This document shows positions 9,120 through 18,027 of a DNA stretch of 64,000 bases, one piece after another. Source of the DNA: an uncultured Dermabacteraceae bacterium (lineage in GTDB: Bacteria > Actinomycetota > Actinomycetes > Actinomycetales > Dermabacteraceae); NCBI GenBank assembly GCA_946223075.1, contig CAMILZ010000001.1, forward strand, positions 177,086-241,085, given 5' to 3'. Below the pieces are notes generated by a model that did not search any database, was not told the origin of the DNA, and worked only from the letters and a program-made list of their open reading frames with translations. The translations under genes were made by a program, and so were the position numbers. Positions within the stretch are counted from its first letter, which is position 1; every line of letters starts with the position of its first letter.

Positions 9120-9989
9120 GTGACAAAGAGCGAGCTTGATCTGAAGCTGAACTACGGCCCCACGGGGCGCCCGCTTCCGGACTTTCCCGAGCCGAAGACT
9201 CTCGACTCGCACGGCCCCGCGCGCATTATCTCAATGGTGAACCAGAAGGGTGGCGTGGGAAAGACAACCTCGGTCATCAATCTCGGCGCAGCGCTCGCCG
9301 AGCTTGGTCGCAAGGTGCTTCTCGTGGATCTCGATCCGCAGGGCGCCCTGAGCGCGGGCACGGGCATCAACAGCTACGAGCTCGATCTCACGGTGTACAA
9401 CCTGCTGCTCGAGCGTGACCACGACATCCGTGAGGCGATCCAGTCGACGACCACGGAGAACATGGAAATTCTCCCGGCAAATATCGACCTCTCGGCGGCT
9501 GAGGTTCAGCTCGTCAACGAAGTCGCGCGCGAGATGGCCCTCGCGCGCGTGCTGCGTCCCGTCGTAGGGGAGTATGACGTCATTCTCATCGACTGCCAGC
9601 CCTCGCTCGGCCTGCTCACGGTGAACGCCCTCGCCGCAAGCGACGGCGTGATCATTCCTCTCGGCGCGGAGTACTTCGCTCTTCGCGGCGTTGCGCTGCT
9701 CGTGGAAACCATCGAAAAGGTGCAGGACCGCATCAACCCGCGCCTCGAGATGGACGGCATCCTCATCACGATGTTTGATCCGCGCACACTCCACGCGCGC
9801 GAGGTCGTGAGCCGCGTGGTCGAGGCGTTCCCCGACAAGGTCTTCCACACCGCCATTAACCGCACCGTGAAGTTTCCGGATGCCTCGGTGGCCGCGGAAC
9901 CGATCACGACTTTTGCTTCGAACAACAAGGGCGCTGATGCCTATCGCCAGCTTGCGCGCGAGCTCATCGCGCGCGGGGCAGCAGCTTGA
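9120..9989 (+). CDS. ParA/Soj-family ATPase (chromosome-partitioning-like)
   Basis: Deviant Walker A IISMVNQKGGVGKTTSVINLGAALAELGRKVLLVDLDPQGALS. GTG start at 9120. Follows xerD as in other Actinobacteria. Confidence 0.85.
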   Translation: MTKSELDLKLNYGPTGRPLPDFPEPKTLDSHGPARIISMVNQKGGVGKTTSVINLGAALAELGRKVLLVDLDPQGALSAGTGINSYELDLTVYNLLLERDHDIREAIQSTTTENMEILPANIDLSAAEVQLVNEVAREMALARVLRPVVGEYDVILIDCQPSLGLLTVNALAASDGVIIPLGAEYFALRGVALLVETIEKVQDRINPRLEMDGILITMFDPRTLHAREVVSRVVEAFPDKVFHTAINRTVKFPDASVAAEPITTFASNNKGADAYRQLARELIARGAAA

Positions 9990-10867
9990 CGGGCGCGGCG
10001 CGAGGGCGCGGGCGCGGGCCGAAGCGACGCAAGAGCGACTTCACCGCGCCGAAGAAAGTTCGGCTTCGGGATTCCGACGGCGCGCCGCGCACGAGCGAAA
10101 ACGGTGCTTCACGGGCGCCGTCGGATCATGCTCCCCGGGAAGGAGAACGCCTGCAAAAAGTGCTTGCGCAGGCTGGTTTTGGCTCGCGTCGCGCGTGCGA
10201 GGCGCTCATCGCCCAGGGGCGCGTCGCGGTCGGCGGAGAAATCGTCCAGGAACAGGGCGTGCGCGTCGATCCTCGTGCGGCGGTGATTCACGTCGACGGG
10301 CGCCGCGTGCAGCTCGACGAGGAGAAACTCACGATCGCTCTCAATAAACCGCGCAAAGTCATGAGCGCGATGGAGGACCCGCAGGGGCGCCGCACACTCG
10401 AGGAGTTTGCTGCGCGCTATCCCGTGCGGCTCTACCACGTGGGTCGGCTCGACTACGAGACCGAAGGGCTTTTGCTCCTCAGCAACGACGGCGAACTCAC
10501 CCATCGACTTACGCACCCGAGTTTTGAGGTGTCGAAAACGTACGTGTGCCGCTTTGACTGCCGGGGCGCGTTCCCGCGGTCGATTCTCGCGAAGCTGCGC
10601 TCGGGTCTCGAGCTTGAGGACGGTCCCGCGAAGGCCGACCGCGCGAGCCTCGTCGCGCACGACGGGAAGGAAGCGATCGTGGAGGTCACGCTCCACGAAG
10701 GACGCAACCGCATCGTTCGCCGCATGTTCTCTGCGCTCGGATACGAACTGACGAGCCTTGTGCGCACCCGGATCGGCCCGGTTGTTCTTGCCGATCTCGC
10801 TCCGGGCGCTACGCGTGAACTGACGGCCAAAGAACTCGGCACACTCATGGCGGAGGTGGGGCTGTGA
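9986..10867 (+). CDS. rluB: Pseudouridine synthase (RluB/RsuA family)
   Basis: Arg/Lys-rich N-terminus, an S4 domain (RLQKVLAQAGFGSRRACEALIAQGRVAVGG) and the catalytic HVGRLDYETEGLLLLSNDGEL motif. 4-nt overlap with the parA stop. Confidence 0.85.
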   Translation: MTGAARGRGRGPKRRKSDFTAPKKVRLRDSDGAPRTSENGASRAPSDHAPREGERLQKVLAQAGFGSRRACEALIAQGRVAVGGEIVQEQGVRVDPRAAVIHVDGRRVQLDEEKLTIALNKPRKVMSAMEDPQGRRTLEEFAARYPVRLYHVGRLDYETEGLLLLSNDGELTHRLTHPSFEVSKTYVCRFDCRGAFPRSILAKLRSGLELEDGPAKADRASLVAHDGKEAIVEVTLHEGRNRIVRRMFSALGYELTSLVRTRIGPVVLADLAPGATRELTAKELGTLMAEVGL

Positions 10868-11997
10868 GTGCCGTTGCGGAGCGCGAAGCCGTCACCCTTG
10901 AAGGGCCGATCCTCGTGATCGGTGCGGGGCTCATCGGCGGGTCACTTGGAATGGCACTCTCTCATGCGGGGCTCGATGTTCTCGTGCGCGATTCGTCTCC
11001 GGGAACCATGCGCCTCGCGTGTGAACTCGGCGTCGGGAGGGAGCAGCAGACCGGCGAGGTGCCGCAGATCGTTGTCGTCGCTACTCCTCCCGATGTCGCC
11101 GCACGCGTTGTGCTGGAGGCATTGGAGGAGTTTCCCGAGGCGTGCGTGCTCGACGTGGCAAGCGTGAAACAGCACATCGCCGAGGAAGTTCTCGCTCGGG
11201 CTGCTGAACGTGGGCTTGATGCTTCACGTTACGTGGGTACCCACCCCATGGCCGGACGCGAGATCGCCGGAGTGGTTGCGGCCCGGGGCGATCTCTTTCG
11301 GGGGAGGGCCTTCGTTGTGGTTCCGACGCCTGCCACCTCTCCTCGAAGCTATGCTCTCGCGAAACTGATGGGGATTGAGATCGGCGCTGCCGTGATCGAA
11401 ATTGAGCCCGGCGCGCACGATGAGGCTGTCGCCTACGTTTCGCACGTCCCGCAGATTGTCTCGAGCCTCCTAGCGGGCCGGCTCACGCATGCGAGCGAAT
11501 CCGCCCTGGGGCTTTCGGGCCAGGGACTTCGCGACACTACCCGCATCGCCGCGAGCGATCCTCGACTGTGGGTCGAGATTCTCTCGGCGAACGCGGGACG
11601 TATCGCCCCCATTCTCCGCGGGCTCGGTGAGGACCTCGCCGCTCTCACGCGGGCATTCGAGGTTCTCAACGACGCAGACCCACAACCTGGCTCGCGCGCG
11701 AGGATCGCCAGGGCCATTGCTGCGGGTAATGATGGCGTTTCTCGTATCCCAGGCAAACACGGCGGGGGAGCGGAGAGTTTTTGCAAGCTGACGGTTCTCG
11801 TTCCCGATGAGCCGGGCCAGCTCGCCAAGCTCCTCACCGACATGGGGGAGGAGCGCATCAATCTTGAAGATCTGCGCCTCGAGCACTCGCTCGGGCAGCC
11901 GGTGGGCCTCGCCCACGTGAGCGTCACGCGCGCCGACGAACAGCGGCTCACCGCGATGCTCGAAAAGAGAGGTTGGGCACGCGCGGGCACCGAGTAG
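10864..11997 (+). CDS. tyrA: Prephenate dehydrogenase with C-terminal ACT domain
   Basis: Rossmann N-terminus ILVIGAGLIGGSLGMAL, a PDH core, and a C-terminal ACT-like segment (KLTVLVPDEPGQLAKLLTDMGEERINLEDLRLEH). Confidence 0.8.
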   Translation: MSAVAEREAVTLEGPILVIGAGLIGGSLGMALSHAGLDVLVRDSSPGTMRLACELGVGREQQTGEVPQIVVVATPPDVAARVVLEALEEFPEACVLDVASVKQHIAEEVLARAAERGLDASRYVGTHPMAGREIAGVVAARGDLFRGRAFVVVPTPATSPRSYALAKLMGIEIGAAVIEIEPGAHDEAVAYVSHVPQIVSSLLAGRLTHASESALGLSGQGLRDTTRIAASDPRLWVEILSANAGRIAPILRGLGEDLAALTRAFEVLNDADPQPGSRARIARAIAAGNDGVSRIPGKHGGGAESFCKLTVLVPDEPGQLAKLLTDMGEERINLEDLRLEHSLGQPVGLAHVSVTRADEQRLTAMLEKRGWARAGTE

Positions 11998-12042
11998 AGG
12001 TGAGGAGCCTGTGCATGAGCAACCCGCGACTAGGCTTAGAAG

Positions 12043-14241
12043 TTGACCAGCGACAGGGGAGGTATAGGCATGAACGGCGTCACCATCGCGATCGATGGCC
12101 CCGCAGGTTCGGGGAAGTCCACGGTGTCGAAAGAGGTGGCACGTGCCCTCGAGGGCGGCTATCTCGATACGGGTGCGATGTACCGCGCGGCCGCGTGGTC
12201 CTGCCTCAACGAGGGCGTTGACCTCGACGACAGGGAGGCCGTCACGGCGCACGTGGCGGAATTCGATCTCGTGATGTCGACCGACCCCGATGAGCCTTAC
12301 ATCTTCGTCGAGGGCACAGAGATTTCTTCGCAGATCCGCTCCGAGGAGATTTCGACGTGCGTGAGCCGCGTCGCGACCAACACCGATGTGCGCGCAATTC
12401 TTCAGGAGCGCCAGCGCGCAGTTTTCTTCCAGACGGCGAACGAGAAGGGTTTCTGCGTCGCTGAGGGCCGCGACATCACGACGGTTGTGGCGCCGGATGC
12501 TGATGTGCGCGTGCTTCTCACCGCGAGCGCCGAGGCGCGCCTGAGGCGCCGTGCCGGTCAGCTCGGGCTCGAGCAGTCAGAAGAAGTTCGTGAGCGCATG
12601 CGCGACCAGGTTCTTCGACGCGATGCCGACGATTCGACCGTTTCAGAATTCACGAAGGCCGCCGAAGGCGTCGACATGATCGACACGACTGACCTCGGCA
12701 TCGAAGAGGTCATCAACGCGGTTCTCGAACTGGTTCCCGGCATCGAACTCGTCGACGACGAGCCTGAAACCGAAGACGTACGCGATGATGCAAGCCCCGA
12801 TGCCCTCGATGACGAGGCGCGTACGGCCTCGCTGCGCGCGGGCCTTGAGGATTACGGCCTCGACGATGACGATCAGCGCCTCCTCACCGACGATTACGCG
12901 CCGATCGAGAGCGTCGAGGACGAGCGCATGCTTCCGGTGCTTGCCGTGATCGGCCGACCGAACGTCGGCAAGTCCACGCTCGTGAATCGCATCCTCGGCC
13001 ACCGCGAGGCGGTTGTGGAAGACACTCCCGGTGTGACGCGTGACCGCGTGTTCTATGAGGCCAACTGGGCGGGGCGCGACTTCATGCTCGTCGACACGGG
13101 CGGCTGGGAAGACAAGGTCGAGGGAGTCGCCTACCGCGTCGCCGAACAGGCCGAGCTCGCGATCGGCCTCGCCGATGCCGTGATGTTTGTTGTCGACGCC
13201 AACGTGGGCATCACTCACACTGACGAGCAACTCGTGAAGATGCTGCGCCGCTCCAAGAAACCCGTGCTGCTCGTCGCGAATAAGGTCGACGATCAGCGCG
13301 GCGAACTCGAGGCCGCGGCTCTGTGGAATCTCGGCCTTGGTGAGCCCCATCCCGTTTCCGCACTCCACGGACGCGGCTCCGGTGACGTGCTCGACCGTGT
13401 TCTTGAGATCCTCCCCGAGGAGGGGCAGACGCGCGCCAAGCCGAGCGGGCCACGGCGCGTGGCCCTCATCGGCCGACCGAACGTGGGTAAGAGTTCCTTG
13501 CTCAATAAGCTCGCGCGCGAGAACCGCGTTGTCGTGGACTCGACCGCGGGCACAACGCGTGACCCCGTCGACGAAGTCATCGAACTCGACGGGCGCGAGT
13601 GGACGTTTGTGGACACCGCCGGAATCCGCCGTCGTATCCGCCAAAGCGAAGGCGCCGACTTCTTCGCCTCGATCCGCACCCAGGCAGCCCTCGATCGCGC
13701 CGAAGTCGCCGTCGTTCTCCTCGAGGCCACGGAACCGATCTCGACTCAAGATCTCAAGATTATCGACATGGTCCTCGAGTCGGGTCGCGCCCTCGTGCTC
13801 GCCTTCAACAAGTGGGATCTTCTTAGCGAAGAGCGCCGCGCGCAACTCGAGTGGGAGATCGAAAAGGACCTCTCACACGTGCGATGGGCGCCGCGAGTGA
13901 ACATCTCTGCGCGCACGGGTCGCCACACCGACAAGCTCGTTCCGGCGCTCGATCTCGCCCTTGAGTCGTGGGATACACGTATTCCAACGGCGCGACTCAA
14001 CGCTTTCCTTGGAACGCTCGTGGCCGCCCACCCGCATCCGCTTCGTGGCGGAAAACAGCCGCGCATCCTCTTCGCGACCCAGGCCCGCACGCGGCCGCCG
14101 CGCTTCGTCATCTTCGCTTCGGGCTTTCTCGAGCACGGCTATCGCCGCTTTATCGAGCGACGCTTGCGCGAGGACTTCTCCTTTGACGGTTCGCCCGTGG
14201 AGATCAGCGTGCGCGTCCGCGAAAAGAGGAAAAACAGGTAA
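12043..14241 (+). CDS. cmk/der: Bifunctional cytidylate kinase / GTPase Der (EngA) fusion
   Basis: The N-terminal ~220 aa carry [20 protein letters not shown]...[10 protein letters not shown] (Cmk P-loop and lid). An acidic linker ([21 protein letters not shown]...) follows. Then come two tandem Der GTPase domains ([19 protein letters not shown]...DTGG and [18 protein letters not shown]...DTAG) and a KH-like C-terminus. Probable start is the ATG at 12070 ([10 protein letters not shown]) with a GGGGAGG RBS. Confidence 0.88.
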   Translation: MTSDRGGIGMNGVTIAIDGPAGSGKSTVSKEVARALEGGYLDTGAMYRAAAWSCLNEGVDLDDREAVTAHVAEFDLVMSTDPDEPYIFVEGTEISSQIRSEEISTCVSRVATNTDVRAILQERQRAVFFQTANEKGFCVAEGRDITTVVAPDADVRVLLTASAEARLRRRAGQLGLEQSEEVRERMRDQVLRRDADDSTVSEFTKAAEGVDMIDTTDLGIEEVINAVLELVPGIELVDDEPETEDVRDDASPDALDDEARTASLRAGLEDYGLDDDDQRLLTDDYAPIESVEDERMLPVLAVIGRPNVGKSTLVNRILGHREAVVEDTPGVTRDRVFYEANWAGRDFMLVDTGGWEDKVEGVAYRVAEQAELAIGLADAVMFVVDANVGITHTDEQLVKMLRRSKKPVLLVANKVDDQRGELEAAALWNLGLGEPHPVSALHGRGSGDVLDRVLEILPEEGQTRAKPSGPRRVALIGRPNVGKSSLLNKLARENRVVVDSTAGTTRDPVDEVIELDGREWTFVDTAGIRRRIRQSEGADFFASIRTQAALDRAEVAVVLLEATEPISTQDLKIIDMVLESGRALVLAFNKWDLLSEERRAQLEWEIEKDLSHVRWAPRVNISARTGRHTDKLVPALDLALESWDTRIPTARLNAFLGTLVAAHPHPLRGGKQPRILFATQARTRPPRFVIFASGFLEHGYRRFIERRLREDFSFDGSPVEISVRVREKRKNR

Positions 14242-14252
14242 GGAGGGGCACC

Positions 14253-14738
14253 ATGCCCGCGCCCGACTTTGTTATCGCCCTGCGGGAGAAAATTGGTCAC
14301 GACCACCTGTGGCTCTCAGGCGTGACGGTGTACGTGCTCAACAAGGACCGCACACACTGCCTCTTCGTCCAGCGGGCCGACAACCGCGCGTGGACTCCGG
14401 TCACCGGGATCATCGATCCCGGTGAAGCTCCCGCCCGTGCGGGTGCTCGCGAGGTTCTTGAGGAAACGGGATGCACGTGCGAGATTGAGTTTCTCTCGAA
14501 TGTGGGATGCGTCGGCCCGGTGACCCACCCCAATGGTGACGTGGCGAGCTATCTCGATCTCGCGTTCGTCGCGACCCACGTGGAGGGTGACCCGCACCCA
14601 GCGGATGGCGAAAACCTGCAAGCCGCGTGGTTCCCCATCGGTGAGCCGCCAAAGCTCAATAGCCGCTTCACAAAAGGATTTCGCCACGCGCTCGCGCAAG
14701 TCGACAGTGGCGAGCACGTGGCGAAATTTGAGCGGTAG
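14253..14738 (+). CDS. NUDIX hydrolase
   Basis: NUDIX box GIIDPGEAPARAGAREVLEETGC (GX5EX7REUXEEXGU pattern), 161 aa. Confidence 0.8.
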   Translation: MPAPDFVIALREKIGHDHLWLSGVTVYVLNKDRTHCLFVQRADNRAWTPVTGIIDPGEAPARAGAREVLEETGCTCEIEFLSNVGCVGPVTHPNGDVASYLDLAFVATHVEGDPHPADGENLQAAWFPIGEPPKLNSRFTKGFRHALAQVDSGEHVAKFER

Positions 14739-14747
14739 GGATCTTTC

Positions 14748-17138
14748 TTAGCGCTCGCCCGTGGGGCGCTCGAACACGACCGCCATGGGCGTTTGCTGGG
14801 ACCCCTGGCCGAGCGGATTATCGGCAAACTGCGCTTCATAGTGCTCGCGGTCCCGCGAGGCGGAAAGGCCGAGCACGTTGCGCCCAATGTCGTTCGCATC
14901 CATGACCACGACGCCGTCGAAGGTCGTGGCGAAGCGCTCGGGCACGACCTTACGGATCACCTCCACGAGATGCTCCGCGACGCGATCTGGATCTTTCGGG
15001 GGGAGCTTTGCCGAAACATTGGACGGATACACGGAGTATTCGGTCGGGCCGTCGATCGCCCGCACATTAGCCCCCGCGAGTTCGTAGAAGACACCCCGCT
15101 TGCCTCGCAGTTTGCCGAGAGCGCCCAGAGCTGCGGCATACGTGATGCGCGCAAGGCCCGCCTCGTTAATCGCGAGCTGCATCGTCACCGGGTCTCCGAG
15201 GCCGATGCCCGCGGGGGTGCGCGTGACGAACTTCGAGAGTTGCTTCGCGGCTAAGGACGGCTTGATTTCCCACACGAACCATGAGCGGCCCTGCATGATC
15301 GCGATGATCTTTTCAGAAACCGTGAAGTTCCATGGGCGCCCCTCGGTCGCGTGGCGATCCTTATCGGTGCCACGAGCATCGAGCTCGGCGAAGAAGCGCT
15401 TAACGTACCCGGCAATCTCGTCATCCATGCGCGAGTCCTTCGAGAACTTCTCGGTCTGAATGGGGTAACGGCGGGCCAGAATGTCACCCTCGAGTTCAAG
15501 ATCGAGTTTCTTTCCCGCGTTCGCCGTGAGCGGCGTGTGGGGATCCGGCGGAAGCGATTGACCGTTGTCGCCCGCAAAGAGATCGGTATCCTCATGGGCT
15601 TCGTGCTCGCTCAGATCCGCCGAATCGAAGAACACACGCGCCCACAGCTCGGCGCATGCAAAACGCCACAGCTGGCCCGCGCTGAGTCCCCCGCGGCCAT
15701 TGATGTGGGCGTCGTACGCCTTGAGGATCTCCGCCTGATCGAACCAGCCTCGCGTGCCAAATGTTTGCGAGGAGAACAGCGAGAAGTAGGTGCCCTTGAT
15801 GCGCTTGAACCATGCGGCTTCCCGCTCGTGCGTAGTCTGGACTGAATCTTCGAAGGCCCGGTGCTCGAGTGCTGCCTCGATGAGGGAGGGAGAGCCTCCC
15901 TTGCCGAAAGCGGTATCGTCGAGCGAAGTGTAGAAACGAAGGAGCTCGCGATCGGTGAAAGGTGATCGAACCGCGATGGCTTTGCCGAACGAACGCGCAG
16001 CCTTGGCTCGTTGCTCCGCTTCGACGCAGCCCGCAGTGCCGAGCGAGGTGAGCGGGCCGTCGTATTCGGGAACAGGCTCGGCCGCGACCCGTTGTTCGGC
16101 TTTGTGCTCGCGCAAGGCGGAACCGAGAAGGGCATCGGTGGAGGCCTTTTTGCGAAGATGGGCGGAGCCGAGCACGCGCGAGACCACCGAGCGACGATCC
16201 TTCTCGGGGGCCCGAAGTGCACGCGCACCGTAGGAATCGAGTGCGAGGGCCCCGCCGTTCTTTGCACATGCGCGAATCGCGAGCCACGTGAAATAGGAGG
16301 TAAGCGACGTCGGTGGCTCCTCGAACGTGCGAAGCATGCGGGGAAGATCGCCCTTCAACCCCTGGGGAGTGGCCTTCACGTCGGCGTCGCTCGCCGTGTC
16401 GAGTTCGGGGCCACCCGTGGAAGCGGCGAGCGTAAGGGAGTCCAGGTTCGCGCGTGCGGCGCGCGAGGCACTTTCGAGGGAGCTCGACCCGATCGGGTCG
16501 ACCGAAGTGACGAGGAGAGCGCCCTTCTCCGAGGTGCGACGCGTCACTGCTTCACCGAGTCGCGTGCGGAACTCGTCGACGCACGTGTGGTCGGCGCGGC
16601 GCGGATTCGAGGAAACAGAGAAAACCTCGCTCTCGTCGTGCGCGAGCGATGAGCGCTCGACCTCGCCTCGCGAGACGCGCACCACCTCGCCGGGAAGGAC
16701 ACGGGAAACCCCCGCGAAGAAGGTTTCAGCTCCGCGATGATCCTCACCGAGGAGATAGCGGCGCACCACATCAAGATTGGGCTCGCGCCGAAGTCCGGCG
16801 CGCGAAATGACATTCGCGATCGACGAGGCGAAAGCCATGCCCTCATCGGTCTTGGCGTAGTAGAGAGGTCGAAGGCCAAGCTGGTCCCGTGCGAGCACGA
16901 GGGAAGAATCTGAGTCCAGGAAAGCTACCGCGAACTCGCCATCGAGTGAAGCGAGGGAGGAGAGGCCCTCCGCCTCGATGAGGCGCGAGCAAGCGTCGGA
17001 CCCCGCGGTCCCCGACAGTGCTTCCGGCGAGCCGGCCGGGATCACATACCCTTCGAGCGCGAGATCGCTGCTGCTCGCTCCTTCGGGCCAAGCCTTCATG
17101 TCTCCGTCAAAGGACACGTGACCGAAAAATGTAGACAT
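14748..17138 (-). CDS. Composite protein: asparagine-synthetase-like N-terminal and central modules plus a C-terminal CofE-like (F420 gamma-glutamyl ligase family) domain; function unknown
   Basis: ATG with a GGGAGG RBS. Residues 1-200 match the class-II GATase domain of AsnB (DGEFAVAFLDSDSSLVLARDQLGLRPLYY), but the protein begins MSTFFG, so the Cys2 nucleophile is replaced by Ser. The centre resembles the AsnB synthetase domain with a degenerate PP-loop (ALLVTSVDPIGSSS in place of SGGLDSS; TFEEPPTSLTSYFTWLAIRACAKNGGALALDSYGAR). The C-terminal ~250 aa align to CofE-type ligases (NFTVSEKIIAIMQGR ~ vvSKaEGR; LPPKDPDRVAEHLVEVIRKVV ~ LPeDPDasA; FDGVVVMDANDIGRNVLGLSAS ~ vgViiTDtnGRpwR.G..g.AiG). 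Confidence 0.6.
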   Translation of the reverse strand: MSTFFGHVSFDGDMKAWPEGASSSDLALEGYVIPAGSPEALSGTAGSDACSRLIEAEGLSSLASLDGEFAVAFLDSDSSLVLARDQLGLRPLYYAKTDEGMAFASSIANVISRAGLRREPNLDVVRRYLLGEDHRGAETFFAGVSRVLPGEVVRVSRGEVERSSLAHDESEVFSVSSNPRRADHTCVDEFRTRLGEAVTRRTSEKGALLVTSVDPIGSSSLESASRAARANLDSLTLAASTGGPELDTASDADVKATPQGLKGDLPRMLRTFEEPPTSLTSYFTWLAIRACAKNGGALALDSYGARALRAPEKDRRSVVSRVLGSAHLRKKASTDALLGSALREHKAEQRVAAEPVPEYDGPLTSLGTAGCVEAEQRAKAARSFGKAIAVRSPFTDRELLRFYTSLDDTAFGKGGSPSLIEAALEHRAFEDSVQTTHEREAAWFKRIKGTYFSLFSSQTFGTRGWFDQAEILKAYDAHINGRGGLSAGQLWRFACAELWARVFFDSADLSEHEAHEDTDLFAGDNGQSLPPDPHTPLTANAGKKLDLELEGDILARRYPIQTEKFSKDSRMDDEIAGYVKRFFAELDARGTDKDRHATEGRPWNFTVSEKIIAIMQGRSWFVWEIKPSLAAKQLSKFVTRTPAGIGLGDPVTMQLAINEAGLARITYAAALGALGKLRGKRGVFYELAGANVRAIDGPTEYSVYPSNVSAKLPPKDPDRVAEHLVEVIRKVVPERFATTFDGVVVMDANDIGRNVLGLSASRDREHYEAQFADNPLGQGSQQTPMAVVFERPTGER

Positions 17139-17194
17139 CGCATCAACCTCCCAAGGCTCATTTACCCCCGACTATAGGGTAGTGACATAAGGGG

Positions 17195-17241
17195 CAATAT
17201 AAAGAAATGGGCGAGGCACCTCTTCGATGCCTCGCCCATTT
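17195..17241 (-). terminator. Intrinsic terminator-like hairpin just downstream of tRNA-Pro
   Basis: Perfect 14-bp inverted repeat AAATGGGCGAGGCA / TGCCTCGCCCATTT with a 9-nt loop. On the minus strand it is followed by CTTTATATTG (T-rich). Confidence 0.6.
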
Positions 17242-17248
17242 ATCCGCG

Positions 17249-17323
17249 TCGGGCTGACAGGATTTGAACCTGCGACCCCACGACCCCCAGTCGTGTGCGC
17301 TACCAAACTGCGCCACAGCCCGC
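17249..17323 (-). tRNA. tRNA-Pro (anticodon GGG)
   Basis: Minus-strand sequence CGGGCTGTGGCGCAGTTTGGTAGCGCACACGACTGGGGGTCGTGGGGTCGCAGGTTCAAATCCTGTCAGCCCGA. It has a 7-bp acceptor stem (CGGGCTG/CAGCCCG), a D-arm GCGC..GCGC, the anticodon loop CTGGGGG (anticodon GGG), a T-loop GGTTCAAAT, and discriminator A. CCA is not encoded. Confidence 0.85.
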
Positions 17324-17545
17324 GGTTTTTGACCTAACCCACTATAGCGGAGGTATAAGCCGGAGAGCGAATTCAGGAGGGTGAGGCGTGCCACGCCCCG
17401 GATTAGTCAAGAGGAACTAAAGGGTTCGCAGTGATCGGCCAAAAAACGAAGGTATGTGCAAAACGTCGTGTCAAAATAGATGCGGAAGCATCGAACTCTC
17501 ATGCCGGTCAGCGGAATGGGTGCGCGCGGAAAGAAGGTCTGTGTC

Positions 17546-17977
17546 ATGAATGAACACAAGTTTGACTCGAGCCCCGAGCAGACCACGAAACTTTCGCCTA
17601 TCGACGGGAAAGTTGAGTTCACCGAAGATGCCGAGCACGGGCTTTCTCAACAGGATCGCCAGGCCGTCGAAGCGCTCCCAGCCGGCACCGCCCTTCTGAT
17701 CGTCCGCAAAGGGCCCAATATGGGTGCGCGCTTCCTCCTCGATTCGGAGAGCACGGTCGCCGGGCGAAATCCGAAGTCCGAAATTTTTCTTGACGATGTC
17801 ACGGTCTCTCGCAAGCACGCTACGTTCGTGCGAGGCGAAGGTGGCTTCCTTGTTCTCGACATGGGCTCCCTCAACGGCACCTATGTCAACCGCCAACTGA
17901 CCGACGAGGCGCACTTGAACAACGGGGACGAGATCCAGATCGGCAAGTACCGCTTCACCTTCTTCACCCTTTCGTGA
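17546..17977 (+). CDS. garA: FHA-domain regulator GarA/OdhI homolog
   Basis: Strong similarity to M. tuberculosis GarA (Rv1827): PAGTALLIVRKGPNMGARFLLD...SEIFLDDVTVSRKHATF...LDMGSLNGTYVNRQ...DEIQIGKYRFTFFT. The N-terminal EQTT(K) segment resembles the ETTS phospho-site region. The ORF track begins at 17480; the GarA-like start is MNEHKFD at 17546. Confidence 0.85.
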   Translation: MNEHKFDSSPEQTTKLSPIDGKVEFTEDAEHGLSQQDRQAVEALPAGTALLIVRKGPNMGARFLLDSESTVAGRNPKSEIFLDDVTVSRKHATFVRGEGGFLVLDMGSLNGTYVNRQLTDEAHLNNGDEIQIGKYRFTFFTLS

Positions 17978-18027
17978 GGCGCGACACCCGAAAAATTCTC
18001 GCCACATTTCGGCGCGTTTAATCCCGG

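Noticed and set aside
17139-17479. Genomic island or prophage integrated at tRNA-Pro
   Set aside because: No integrase, no repeated tRNA 3' segment, and the flanking genes (garA and merR on one side, the AsnB-like gene and NUDIX on the other) show no compositional break. garA-merR is conserved core synteny.
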